This document shows, piece by piece, positions 15,741-29,770 of a stretch of DNA of 64,000 bases. The stretch comes from Rhina ancylostomus (Eukaryota), in the NCBI GenBank assembly GCA_030265395.1, contig JARFYF010000065.1, positions 12,215,202 through 12,279,201 of the forward strand. The letters run 5' to 3'. The translations under genes and the position numbers were made by a program. Under the pieces are notes generated by a model. It did not search any database, had not been told where the DNA came from, and was given only the letters and a program-made list of their open reading frames with translations. The stretch's first letter is position 1, and each line of letters starts with the position of its first letter.

Positions 15741-16544
15741 TTACAAGTCCGTAAAAGTTAGAACAGGCATTTATAAGAAATAACTCACCAGTGGAAGGCA
15801 GTTACTGAGAGCAGGGTGAAGGGCCTTGGCTGTGGGATATCTACAGACCAGAAAACGTTACTGCAAAAAGTTGAAGAAAGGAAAAGATTAAAATTGAAAT
15901 TAAAATAAAAACTGCATTTGCTGGAAATCTAAACAAAATCGTGTCTGACCAGCTCTGCCTTGACAGAATGTTCTTTTAAAAAAAACTATATGCTGTTGAA
16001 AGGCTTGAGGCCACACTTTAGAGAGGAAATTTCAAGATGCCTAAAAGGCAATTGAGAACACTCTGTTCATTTGTCTGTCCTAACTTCCCTGATGTAGGTG
16101 CTTTCAAAGCACTGGGATGAAACCAGATATTTGCTGACACAAGTTGAAATGCATCTGGCAATCTAGGAGAAAGTGGAACTCAGCAGGAGATGTGAGAACA
16201 AAAGGGGTTCACGTGGGCCCAGAACAGCAATCGGTATTGGATGAGTACCTTCTCCGTGTATTAACAGCTGAAGGCAATGCCTACCTGAGCAGTGTACAGT
16301 GCTGCATGATGTATGTGCATGGTGTTACTATTCCATAAGAAAACCAAATATCTGGGAAACTGCTGTTCCTTCATCATAGCCAACGATTTGATTGCTGGAG
16401 ATTATCTCATTCTTCATTGACCTATAACAATGCATTCCTACAACCACGGTCCTTGTACTGATCCATTGTGTTGTCACAATCTGACCAGGAGCAAGTGCAC
16501 GACTGTCAGTCTTTGACAAATGTCTGTACTCATTATGTTCTCAG

Positions 16545-16663
16545 GAGGGCAGATTGTGCAACTGATCATGGAATACCTGCCACTGGGCAGTCTGCGGGAC
16601 TACCTCCCAAAGCACAACGTGGGACTCGGGCAGCTTCTGTTGTTTGCACAGCAGATTTGTCAG
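16545..16663 (+). CDS. TYK2: TYK2 exon, JH1 hinge (GGQIVQLIMEYLPLGSLRDYLPKHNVGLGQLLLFAQQICQ)
   Basis: tctcag / gtaaag, phase 1-0. QLLLFAQQIC is TYK2-type rather than JAK1-type. Confidence 0.96.
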
Positions 16664-17384
16664 GTAAAGCAATGGTCATTTTCATGTTTTCTTCTGATTG
16701 AGTTACTTATCTTCCTTATAAATCTGTCTAGAGTATAGATGGCAATCAAACCATCAAGCTTCTTCCCCATTGCCATCAGGTTCATGAACTGAACTAAAAA
16801 AACACTAACGTTATCTCAGGCTATATTTCTTTTTTCTCTTAATTTGCATTAATGTTGTTATGTTTATCTTTGTTTATTTTGTCATTTATGTATAATTTGT
16901 TCATTTAAGTCTGTATTAACGTGTTTATCATGCATTGGGCTGCTGCTGCTGCAAAAACTAACTTTCATGGCATTTATACCGTGTATACTGTATATGCCTA
17001 TAACAGTAAACTTAAACTTGACCTTCACTATTTAGTTTTAGCAGATATTTCACACAATTTTTGGTGTTTAACCTGTACATAGCCTTTCTAATCATTCATA
17101 GGCAATAGGTGTTGCTGGCAAGTCCAGCACTTATTGCTAATCAGCGATTGGCATCGGAAGTTGATGACGAACCACAGCCTTGAACTGCTGCAGATCATGT
17201 GGTGAAGATCCTCTACAGTGCAGTTGGGTTGATTATGAAGGAGTGCTGATATATTTTGAAGTCATGTGAGTTGTAGTAAGCTTTGCAGCACAGGAACCAT
17301 AAGCATATTGTGATACCAAGAGTGTTCGAACAGTAGTTTCCTGAGCAGGGATTTTGAGGTTGACCCAAGTAGTCAGGTCCCTAA

Positions 17385-17585
<201 letters not shown>

Positions 17586-18739
17586 TAAGCTCTTGCACAG
17601 CAACAATGGCAGTTCTAAAAGGGCTGGTTGTTCCATTAAGAATGTGGAATATATTACTGGAGAATGTTTGTGACAAATAACGGCATGGTTTTAAGGAAAT
17701 GTTAATTACACAAGGAGGCTTGTGTGGAGTGTAAGTACCAGTGTGGATTACTTGGGACAAGTAGGTGTTTTTGTGCTGTCAATTTTCCATAATCCTCAAT
17801 CATTCACTGTCCAACACAAGTCATTCAATGGCTAAGAGAAGCAGGAAATCGACGGCCTTCCTCTCGTTACTCTCTGCCATTGAGGTCACTTGCAGTGAGC
17901 TATTCACTCATTGTGGCTTTACACAATACAAGTGAATACTTGAAGCCACTGGAGCAGGATCAATGTGGTTTAATGTTGAGTTTGAAGCATGTTTGTCTAA
18001 TTCGGGTTGACAGAGAGTGGGAGGGTGGCCTTCTCCCGTTTCCAGCTGTGTCCTACTGGTTCTTGGATAGTGGAGCCGCAGGAAGTGTGGGGCAGTGAGG
18101 AGTGCTGGGGTGGGAGATCCCCTTGCAGTGCTCACCTGGCAGGTGATCTGCATCCCTCAGCTGTACCACATGCAAGGGTTGCAGCCAGCCTTCATCTTAC
18201 CAAATATGAGAGCTTTTCTTTCTCAAGCTCTGCAAATCCATTCACAGCCCTGTCATTTCCTTTCATCCTGCCCCATCGCCATTCAGTTATTTACTCTGCA
18301 GCCTTTCCCCCATCACACTGCTACCCTTTTGTTCTTTTCCTCTGCGCTTTGTTTATGAATTTGTTCAAACACTTGTTAATTTATTAACTTTATATATGAT
18401 GCAAATTCATCAATCTGGAGCATTAATTCTATTTCTCAGAGTATTTGCAGAATTTTGTTTTTATTTTGGGTCCCCAACATCCACAGTATTTTGCTTTAGT
18501 TTTTTCTGTTGAAGTGACTCCTACTAAGTGTGGTGATGTGGCTGGAGACACGTTCTTCGATCTTTTCAAAGGCTCAATCACCCTCTGTTCAGCAGCCTCT
18601 TGTTTAAAACAATTGATGCCAGGAGTTCACCACGAAGGTATTCACAACAATGAGAGCACTGTGTGCTGATTGAACAAAGAAGTTGTTTTCTTTGCAACAA
18701 GTTGTTCTTCAGTGATTGTCATTGCCCTCTTGAATGGCT

Positions 18740-19140
18740 GGATAGGCTAAGACTTTTTCCCTGGAGCGTAGGAAACTGAGGCATGACCTTGTAGAGGTTT
18801 ATAAAATCGTGAGGGGCACATGTAAAGTGAATGGTCACAGTCTTTTTCCCAGAGTTGGGGAGTCTATAACTAGAAGGCCAAGGTTTAAGGTGAGAGGGGG
18901 AAGATTTCCAAGAGACCTGAGGGGCAACTTTTTCTCACAGAAGGTGATAGGTATATGGAATGAGCTGCCAAAGGAAGTGGTAGAGATGAGTACAATTACA
19001 GTGTTTAAAAGACATTTAAATGGGTACATGTTTAAGAAAGGTTTAGAGGCCAAACTCAAGCAAATGCGACTAGCTTAGGTAGACAACTTGGTCAGCATGT
19101 ACGAGGTGGGCTGAAGGGCCTGTTTCCGTGCTGTGATAAC
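18740..19140 (+). mobile_element. CR1 LINE 3' end
   Basis: RFKVRGGRF..DLRGNFFSQKVIGIWNELP..VVE...FKRHL is a typical CR1 ORF2 C-terminus. Confidence 0.88.
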
Positions 19141-19943
19141 TATGGCTCTACTGGCCATGGCCAATAGCTGTGCTGTGGAGCCAATGGCCATTCTACATGC
19201 AAGACCATTGTTGGCAGGCTGTAGGATTGAAATAAAAAGCGTCACAGCCAGCCTGATCTGCTCTTCCATATGCCAGCAGGTGCACTCTGCTGCTGGCTTT
19301 CAGTGTATTGTTAATCATGGTAATCCTCTCTCCCATCAACTAGGAATCCTGAGCCCATCCAGTGGGAATATCAGCATGTAAATAGGTGTAGGAGTTGGCT
19401 ATCCAGCCCATGGAGCCTGCTCCACCATTCATCAAGATCATGGCTGATCTTCTGCCTCAGACATTTTCCAGCATAATCCCTCAACCATTGATTCCCTTCA
19501 TGTTCAGATATGTATTGATTTGTGTTTTGAATGAACTCTGAGTCTCTAAAGCCTTCCAGAGTAGAAAATTCCAAAGGTTCACAACCCTCTGAGTGAAGAA
19601 ATTCCTTATTTCAGTCCTAAGCAGTGTACCCCTTATTCATGCACTGTACCCCTGCTCCTTGGCTCCTCAGCCAAGGAAAACATCTTCCCTTCATCTATCC
19701 TTAAAGAGTTTTGTATATTTTGATGAGATCTCCTAAATTCTGGAGAATACTGTCCAGGTCCACTCAATCTCTGCTGGTGCAGCAATCTGTCCATTCCTGG
19801 AACCAGTCAAGTAAGTCACCTCCTGAGCTAAGGGCAATAAAATCAAGAGTGCATTGTATTTGAATGCCAACCAAGTGCTTTGTAATGGAGGCAGATTATT
19901 TTTTGATCATCTGGCTACCTCTGTGAAATACATTAATGACTGA

Positions 19944-20153
<210 letters not shown>

Positions 20154-21574
20154 TGAAGACAGATTTGAGCTTTGCACTTTTTGTGTATCCTTTGCTTCTC
20201 TGCTGCACACATGATCTTGATTGTTAGTATTTTGTGCTGGAATGAACCAACTACAGGAGAAATCCCTTTAACCTGGCCATGACATGGACCCAATTCCCAG
20301 TGGCTCAACAGGCATTGAACCCATTGCCTATTCTGCCCTTGCTAATGGATTGTGAAGTGACCAGAACCAGTCTGCAGAAATCTGTCTGTGACCCGGTCAA
20401 CCTTTCTGCACAGTGACTCTAGTAAGGATTGGCTTTGAGGCAGATCTTCAGGTTCTAATGTCAATCCTCCACAACCCATCCAACCCCCCCTGAAACCAGA
20501 CACTTGGCCACACCATCACTAGTTACATAGGCTGTGAGCTTGTTTGGCAAACTATTTGTGGCTGGTTATTGTTTGGCTATTCTTAGAAAAGGGTGAAAAT
20601 ACATGATAAATTGATAAATGAGTGCTGGAAAAGATGCACCTGTTTGCAAGTCTAGATTTAGCACAATTTTAGTCTGCTCATTAACATAAGTAGAATTTTC
20701 TTGGAGGTGCTTAAACAAATGATTTGTAAGATTAACTCTCAAATGCTGATTGTACTCAATTTTCATGCAGTGGTAGCTAGGGGCTCCTTGCACCCACACC
20801 TAATGAAGGTGTGGAATGAGCTGCAAACAGTGCAGGTTTTGGATGATGCAGGAACCGAGTGAGAGGATGCATGGGCCCTTGGGAGTGCCACTGGATGTCT
20901 TGCTGGTACAGAGGAGAATTAATGTCTGGAAGGTAAAAGGTTGATTGTCTCACATCCTGCAGCAGTTAGTGCTGATCTGTTGGGACTCTTTAACTGTTCA
21001 CCTGCAGATGAAGGGGGACTCCGAGTAAGTTCTCCATAAATAAGCTCTCTGTTCTGATGATAACGTTGAGCATCACACATTTCTCTCTTTTCCTTCAGTG
21101 AATCATTAGAGTGGTTGTTGAAAATCTGGTAAGGATTTGACAAAGTGTTTCAAATATATTTAAATGTTCAGGTGTAAGTGAGCAGTAAAAGGCCGATACA
21201 TCTTTAAGTAATAATTGAAATACCCTGTGACTTTCTTTATACAAGTCAGTTGGTTGCTAATGGCAGAAGGCATTAGTTGGACCACCAGGCACTAAAATGG
21301 AGAGCAACCTCTTAGTGAATGCAAGCAGACAACTTCAATGGAAGTCAATTCTTTAATGATTCTACAGGTGGCTGTTCCTGACGTTGGTTTCAACTCCTTT
21401 ACTAAGGTGGTATTCTGGTTTAAGTCTGTGAACCAGAGTTTCAGTTCAAACCTCCATCTTGTCCCCTACGAACACCATTAGAGTGGGAAAGAGTCATTGA
21501 TAATCAAGCCCACAGTTTTAAACACATCATCAGTGTATAAAACAATCACTTAGTTATTTTCGACATTTTTACAG

Positions 21575-21685
21575 AAATTTATCGAGATGATTGGAGTGAC
21601 ACATGGACAGATGACAGTGGTCCGACTGATTGATCTGCTGGAAAGGGGCAGACGTTTGCCTTGTCCAAAGTCCTGTCCATTAGAG
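21575..21685 (+). CDS. TYK2: TYK2 exon, JH1 ([37 protein letters not shown])
   Basis: ttacag / gtaaga, phase 0-0. Confidence 0.95.
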
Positions 21686-22978
21686 GTAAGAGTATAAATC
21701 TCTGGCTTATAAGTGCACATAGCCTCTCCCATGGTACAAATGAGAATGATCAATATGTTCTGGACTTATTTACTTAAAGTGAATTTCAAGAGTCTGTGAG
21801 AGGCTCATGTGAGCAGTTGTGCTGTTTTCCTTTAATCCTTGGAGTCCAGCTCTCATTTTGGAAAATCTGCACCACATTCTCTTCAGAGCCAATATCTTTC
21901 CCCAAGTTGTGATACCCTGAACTGGTTGCACTACCTGGGGTTTAGGCTGACCAGGGCTTTGGATACCTTGATTCCAGCATTTATCCCTGTGCTTTTATCC
22001 TTTAAAGACCAGCATTCCATTAGATATCTTCTTTGTTTTTAGAACCTGCCCATGACATTTTAGTATTTACACATCAAATTAAGTCATTTTGGACTCCACT
22101 GCTAGATTTTCCCCATTTACAAAAATATTCCCTTTAGGTCCAAACCTCATCTTCCTGCATTGAAGTCTCTTTGCTGCAGTTCTGCCTGTTCACTTCATCC
22201 CTGTAATTTAGTGCTTCCATCTGCATTGCTGACATCTCTGTCTGTCTTTGTGTCATGGACAAATTTGCATGCAAGGCTTTCTACCTGGGCCATTTATAAA
22301 TATGGTGAATGGTTGTGGCCCCAAACGTAGATTTTTGTGAGACACCAATTGGTCATGTCCTGACAAAATTAATATCTCCCCTGCATCCCAACTTCTCCTG
22401 CCATTTGGTCAGTTTCCCAGCCAGGTCAATAAGTTGGCTTCAATGAGCGACTTTATAAGGGACCTTTATCCATGCTTTCTGGAAGTGCGTATGCATCCAC
22501 AAACATTACCTTTCTCTCGTTTTAGTCACCCCTTCTCAAAATGTTATCACACTTGTCTGACAAGACTTGCACTTTACAAATCCATTCTGGCTGTCTCTGA
22601 CCAAGATTTTCAGGCATTCTATCATTAGATTTCGATAATTTCCAAACTTTGGGTTGACTGATGTATTTCCTTGTTTTGTCCCCACCCCTGCTTCACCTTT
22701 CTTAAGTAGCAGTGTGACATTCACAATTTTTCAATCTGAAGTAACAGTTCATGAATCTAGAGAACCTACCTACTTCCTTCAGAACAGTAGAATAGAAACC
22801 ATGGAGGATTGTTTGAAACATTTGTTACCATTTGTCCTTTATTCGTCTCTGGAATATTTTGCTTAATTTTCTTGGGATGTCTGGCTTGTTCCTCACTTTA
22901 CTTTAAGCCTGCCATTTTCTTATTTTCTTTTGACAGTTTGATGGTGAATAAAGTTCTTTTCTTTTTTTTAACCTCCAG

Positions 22979-23116
22979 GTTTATCAGCTGATGAACAAGT
23001 GTTGGGAATCTGACCCAGCTCGGCGACCCAAATTTCAGGAGTTGTCTCCAATATTTCAGAAGCTGTATGAACGATACAAAAAGATTGAAACTTCAGGCAT
23101 TCTGCAGAAGTATTAA
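22979..23116 (+). CDS. TYK2: TYK2 last coding exon (VYQLMNKCWESDPARRPKFQELSPIFQKLYERYKKIETSGILQKY*)
   Basis: ctccag acceptor, phase 0, CW..RP.F subdomain XI, TAA at 23114-23116. Confidence 0.93.
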   Translation, partial: VYQLMNKCWESDPARRPKFQELSPIFQKLYERYKKIETSGILQKY

Positions 23117-24531
23117 ACACCTAAAAGCTTCCAACCAACCTCATCTTTCTTTATTACTGCCCCGCTGCTATCCCGATCTCCTACAGNNNNNNNNNNTTCC
23201 CAACAGAGTTGCCGACTGTTGCAACAGCACCAAAAGTGGTAGCCATATTATGAACAGCAAGCTCCCATAAATGGTATTGTTTGCTTTTGGTGTTTGACCA
23301 TGGCTACATGTTGACCAGGATACTGACAGAGCACCCTGGAACTCTTCAAATAGTGCCGAAACAGGGAGGCAAGGCCTCGATATTGTGTCTCAGTTGGAAG
23401 ATATGAATAGCACTGGTCGCGTCTTTAACTGTGGAATCTCATTTGGATCATTGCTGTTCAGTGGAGATTTTGGTGAATTGTGGCCAAGAAGTGCAACTGC
23501 AGTAAAGACTTCTGCTGAAGTTCAACATTTTTTCTTAACTCCTTCCAAACATTCGGAATGGGGGTGTGAACTTGACCTGAAATCAGGATAATCAAGTATA
23601 CAGTGGCACATATACTACACTTTGTTAACTTTTGTGAAGTTCACGTGCCATGGATAATTAAGTATTGGGAAATACAATTTGATTTTCCTTATGAATAATG
23701 TCTGTGAGAGCCCTAATGAAGCTTAAAAGATGCAGCTCAGTGTCTGGTGTAATCTGCTGTGTCACACAACAAAACTGATATAGCAGTGTCTATTTTCTGA
23801 ACTACGCCAAGAGTTCACTGGTGCATCTGACCCTGTTGCTTTTTAATACTGTCAATATTTGTGTTATACCAAATGCTAATAGACCTATATACTTTGTTTT
23901 TTGAGTTATGAAATATAATGGAAACAAATTAACTTTCAAGATATAGCAAGGTTTATACTGTTGGGAAATGAAAATCACCGCCATCTTCCATAATGTGTCT
24001 ATCAGCTACTAGCATTGCATGCCTCTGCATTATGTCTGCCAAACAACGTTACCTAGCATCATATCGGAGGAGAGGAATCATCACTTGTTCCCCTGCCATA
24101 GTTGTGATATAGCTGACTTTACTGAATGCTGAATCTGTTTGTCTCTTCATTGTAAAACTGTGTCCTGCTGCAGTGTGGAGTAATATCAGTGACACATCAG
24201 TACAATAGTTTCATTGTGCTAAGATCATCTGAGCTGCAAGCATACTGAAGCCAGGCAGGTAAATGCAGCATGGTCTCTCTTAACTGGAAACATAAAAGTC
24301 CCACAAGTAGAAACATGACTCAGTATCCATATAACCTGTAGAGGTATTGAGCAGACAGTATGACCAGCACCTCCTCCAGGTTTCTGGTATTCTCCCGCAC
24401 TTCTTTTACAGTATATGCATGCTGTTCCACAACCACTGTTCTGTTGGTATTCAAAGACTTCATCTTGCAATGCAACAAAATTGTGGAAAGGCACTTCATA
24501 AATCATGTTAGTATTAAACTGATAGTTACAC

Positions 24532-26066
24532 TTGCTTAATTGTGTAGTTTGCATGATGCAGCTAATGTTTATGACCGCAGTACCCACTCATGAGGAAAGT
24601 TTGCTGCAAGAGTTACTGAGCTCAATTGTGGCACAGTTAAATGACATTTTAGATGATCTTGAGAGGGTTCCTCCAGTTATTGATGAATACAGCCACTGCC
24701 TGATCTACCTTTGGGAATTTTCTAAGTTTGGTTTGCAGCCTGTGCTGAGTTGTTGCCCTTGGCTGGTGCCACACAATTGGCCCTCAGCTGATGGGATTAC
24801 ACAAACTCTGGTCATTTGGGTTAGGAACATCATCAGGAGAGTGGAGCCAAGAATGGGGTTGGCACACTCTAATTCCTTCAGTTTCATCGTTGAGCTTCAA
24901 ACATTTTTCAACAGTTCCTATTTTTTTGAACCTGAGAATTTTTTTGATTCTTTGTATCAGTGCGTGGCTTTTTATCAGTTGCTCCCAGTACAGCTCAAGC
25001 TTTGAAAGTGATTTTGGATTTTTGAACAGCCTATTGAATCAAGGCTGAATGACTCTGTCAGTCCCCAGGCCCCTGAGCCAATTGGAATTATCGGCTTCCC
25101 TCGACCAGAATGCCATGAGGTAGACAATGAATCTTGGAAAAAGTCAGATGAGGGATGTAAATATGATGGAGGGTTTGTTCTCCACTGCCCCTCTCCCCAG
25201 TGCATGCAGTAGATGATCATTTTACACCAGGCTGTGATTTATGCAGACTGCAGACTTATCAGTTTTGCCTTGTCCATGACGTGTGAAGTGATGCAATTGG
25301 GGAGAAAAAAAGCTGGAATTACCAAGCAGATATTTTGTGTTGATCTGCAACTTTTACAGTGGGGAAGGAGCACAGCTTTGGATCTCACTACTTATTATCA
25401 TGGTGACAATTTGTTCTTGCAGCAGTGACCAGTTTGTGAGAACAAGGAACTGAACTCTGCAGCAAAAAATACACCTGGAGGAAACAAGCTGATGTTTCAA
25501 GAATAATTTGCTTTTGTGTAGCAGCTCCTGTATAATAAAATGACCAAAGGTGCTTAATGGGTTTATTATAAAACAAGTCCATCACTGAATTATTGAACAG
25601 GAACTTGATTCAAGCATTTGAACTGGACAAAGAAACAGGTTTGAAAATCACCAAAGATATAGAAAAGTCAAAAAAAATCTCTTGTCATAACATGAACTTT
25701 ATGGGATCTTTGTGTAATTATCTGCACCATTATATTTGGAGATTGATTGTCAATGATGGGAATATTTGACAAGAACTTGTGGCCAATTTACTNNNNNNNA
25801 TTGTAATTATTTTAAGTTCACATTGATGGACACAGCATAAACTATTTTGGAATACTGTGTGTGGAAGGCTGGATGTGCACACACAGATTTGCACTTTGTA
25901 AATGCAATCTGGCAAAACTGTAGCCAGTGAATGATTCTACCTTTCTTTCTCTAAAGGGCTTTAATGGTAAGATTATGATCTTGTGAATGTGATTGGGGAT
26001 ATCATCATTCATGTGTTTATACCATTTGGCATATTGGATGATTTCAATAGACCTCCACTAATTTAA
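24532..26066 (+). pseudogene. Candidate decayed intronless coding sequence of unknown family
   Basis: One + frame (24532-25503) has only 4 stops in 324 codons. Further protein-like segments follow in shifted frames to TAA 26064-26066. No homologue recognised. Confidence 0.35.
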
Positions 26067-27118
26067 TCTTTTTTTTTATTGTCTTCACTCTCGTCAGCTT
26101 GTCCCTATGCCCGCACCATTTATTTATTCATGTTACGCAACTAAGTTGCATTGAAATTCATTTAAACAATGAATCGCATTAAAGCAGTGTGGTTTATATT
26201 TTTTAATGTGAACATTAATTTCTTATAAAGTACTCCCTTTTTTGAGTTCATTTTGGAAAACCAACCTCTGAGTATGTGTATTGCTTGGGGATAAACTCAG
26301 TCCCCATGTGGAGTCTTCACATTTGGCCTTGTGAAACAATGGAGGGATGTGTGTTTTATTCATTGCGGATGTGACCGGGAAGGCTGGTATTTCCTGCCGA
26401 TCTCTAATTTCCCATGGGAATGTGGTGGTTCACCACTTCTTGGAGCCCTCTGTATCCATGTGGTGCAGTTATCAGGGAAGGAGGTCAGGATTTCGACCCA
26501 TTGATATGTAAAGAAAGGCAGTAGATTCCCAGTTCAGAGTGGTGGGTGACCTGTAAAGGGTGGCATCGTGCTGCTGCCCCTGTCTTTCTAGGTTCCAGGA
26601 TGGGCAAGTCCCTGCAGTGCATCTACTGTTGCTTTTGTTGGGTTTACTCCAGATCGTGGTTTTGTGAGGAAAGAAGCAATATAGTGATGTGAGCACCTCG
26701 TGCCATGCTCTTGTCATAGCTTTCCCTAATATGTAAATCTCTTCTCAGCTCTGAGTTTTAAACCACACCTTGTACTTTGGGAAGCAATGCTATTTCACCA
26801 AAAGGTTAAAAAAACTAACTTTAGTGATAGAGGTAGAAAGAGGTTCCACATGTCTTGCCAAACACCCAATAAATGTGTGAGTGACAGTGTTAAAAGTGGA
26901 CTGCACAGCTGGGTTAGTTTGCTATGCTGCAGATTAAATTATCTTGCCAATGATTAAGGAAAATGGGTCTTGAAATTAAGAATGGATTGGATTATCTGCA
27001 GATCTTTTCCATTTTTAAGTAGAGCAAATGCCAATTCACATCATTTATCATGGAATGTTTTTATTTTATTCTGATAACCATATTGTGTTCCAGCATTGCA
27101 ATTATTCCTTCTAAAAGT

Positions 27119-27124
27119 AATAAA
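27119..27124 (+). promoter_or_regulatory. Candidate polyadenylation signal (AATAAA), possibly the distal TYK2 3' end
   Basis: AATAAA with T-rich sequence upstream and T/GT-rich sequence downstream. Other AATAAA sites at 25534 and 26868. Confidence 0.35.
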
Positions 27125-29159
27125 CCGTTCATTTTCACTCTCTGCTTCTGCTTGTTATTGCCTCCTGCAATTAGTAGTACAGGTTCTAATTAAATGTGGA
27201 ATAAACCAAACTGATGGAAATTTGACCAGAGCTTTTGTAAGATCAGACTCTAATCTTGGCCAGGCCAGTGCTGTGCAACTGGCAGTACTCAGGTAGGGGA
27301 AATCAGTCACAGGGCTGCCACCAAAGGGGACCCCATGGGGAAATTGTGGTTTTGAAAATTGTTTTCTTGGGATTGAGTATTGTCAGCACAGCCTGACGTG
27401 ATTGTCCTTCAGAATCTCGAGTTATGCTTCTTCAAAATGCTTCATCCTTGTGCAGATCCTTGAGCTGGACTTGCAGATGAATTGTGACCACCTGAGTGAG
27501 GACCTGCTGATGGATTGCCCTTGGGTCCCCAACAGCTGTAAGGATGGGAGACTATGATCAATGCAGTGATGTTGTCCTACTATTTGTGCATAGCAAGCTC
27601 CTAACAAAACTTTGACGAAGCACTGACCTAAGTTGCAGTATTGCAGGTTTCTCCCTGTCAGTTCACAGCTGAAGTTGAGTGGATTGTTCAACTTGCCTTT
27701 GCTTCCTGGATCCCTGGCTTCCATGTCAGCCACTCCTCAGGCCTCTGATTTTGCACTTGGTCAATTGCAGGGTTTGGCCTCCACCTCGGCCACTTTCAGC
27801 CTGACCTGTTTTCGCAGCAAACTCAGTTAACTAAATCCAGTGACATCCCTGATTGGAGGAGTGAATTGCAGTGCCCCAAGAACGATATATGGATGTGTAT
27901 GGGGGGGAGGCGCGGGAGGAAAGGTGTGGAGGGTTTGTGAAGACAACTATTAAAGCATTCCCACAGACTTGATTTAAAATTTTATTTATACTTTCAAAAT
28001 AGGCATCAAGTATTCAGTATTTTAAGTTTCACCCCTCCCCTCAAGTTGCAAGTTACTCCAATTTTTAAAAAAGTAAATATTTTTTGCAACTTTGTCCCGG
28101 TCTATTTTCTGAAGTTCACCCTGCTGTTTGGGTACAGCATTGTGGAAGACCATGTGATCTCTTATTGGTTGTGGTGCGTTGGACAATCGCTAATTATACA
28201 AGACTACTCAGTGGTACCTGAATCCATGATCTTCTGAATTTAGACAAGAATCTTGCCCACCGTGTGTTATCCTTTTGCCTTACCCCATCTGGCATCGTCT
28301 TTGGATGTGTCAAGACTGCAGACGGCATTCAGAATTAAATATATGAGGTGATGTTCTTAAAGAGCAGGAATGCACCCCTTGCCTTTTGACAACTGTGTTC
28401 TGTCGGTCATTTTTCCCCGAGTGTACCACAAATTATTTCATTTCTTCATTTACACTTTTGATCGGTGTTCAGGACCATCATCCTTTATTGTGAATTTGCA
28501 GCACTTATTTTTTGTAATCAACAGCTTGATTCTGACCAACTTGAAAGTAATTTAATAATATACAGCTAACTCTGCGGGGGTAGGATATTGTACACCGCAC
28601 AATAAGTTTGAACACCTCTGCCTGGGATTGAAGCCTGGTTGGATACATGTTACACAGCACTTGCCTACGTCCACACCTCCTCTACCTTTTTGTTATATTT
28701 GCCTTCACAGCCATCCTCAATTCACCCCACAACTAATTAAAACTGAACCTCAACTCGATCCACAGTCAGGAATCAGCAACCTGATTTTCTCATCGGAAAT
28801 TTAGATAACGGGTAAAAGCAAGTATTAGTTTAATACTGGTATTAAAACAGTGGCCAGGACATTCCTCGCCACTTCAATAGGTTACCTCCTACACAATGAG
28901 CTTTTATTTTCTGGAATAAACTCTGCTGCGGCACCTTATCAAATGCTTTCTGGGAAATCTAAATATAGTACATCAACCAGTTACTTTATTGGCATCAGAT
29001 GTTACACCATAACCGTTTGTCATTTGAACTCGCATCTGGACTCACTAGTTTCTAATAGCGCCCAATGTTTCTCCATTCATTTTTCCCATAACTATTTACC
29101 AGTGATATCTACCTTGTCTTAATACAAATGCTCTCGGAAGAAATTCCTCCTTTACAACA

Positions 29160-29770
29160 GCTGTGCCTCAGTGGTTTGCACTTAATTTGTGACTGCATTC
29201 GTCTGGGGATCGTGAGTTAAAGTCTTGCTTCAGCGATTTGAACACAACAAATCCAGACAGTGCAATACGAAGGGAGCATCTCACTGTTGGAACAGCAGTG
29301 AGAGAGTGCCGCACTATTGGAAGTTCCTTTCACATGAGGTTTTATCATTCCTATTTGGATGGAAGTAAAAGAACAAGATGCTGTTCCCTGATAATCAGGC
29401 ACCAATAGTTATCCCTCAACAACTAAATGATATCTGGCCTTCATATGTTCAAATTGGCTGCTGAATCCCCTGGAGTGCCCACGCATTTAAAGTGACTTTA
29501 AAGTCTTTTAGAATATTTTGAACGCCCTTTTTTCCCTTGAAGCTGTAAATAATGTTGACCCACCCCCACAAGATGCTGTTCCCTGATAACCAGGCACCAA
29601 TATTCGTCCCTCAGCTACTAAATATATCGCAGTGATTATCATATCGTGTGGGATCCTGCAATGTTCACATTGGCTGCTGAATCCCCACGCATTTAAAGCG
29701 AATTTCGAGCCTTTTGGAACATCTTGAACGCCCTTCATTCCCTTTTAATTAATGTTGGATACCCCCCTCC
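29160..29770 (+). mobile_element. DeuSINE-like (SacSINE/LmeSINE-type) relic with a tandemly duplicated 3' part (about 195-bp period)
   Basis: tRNA-like head ctgtgcctcagtgg; Deu-like core (gagagtgccgcactattggaag, ccaatagttatccctcaac, aaattggctgc); copies start at 29373 and 29568. Confidence 0.6.

Noticed and set aside
25213-25428. Ankyrin-like look of LHQAVIYAD and GRSTALDL
   Set aside because: Spacing does not fit 33-residue repeats; too weak to name without an HMM search.
23950-25620. Minus-strand frame whose stops could all be read as U-to-C editing or recoding
   Set aside because: About 22 stops in about 556 codons is close to random expectation, and any stop is one change from Gln or Arg. 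No evidence for editing or an alternative code.
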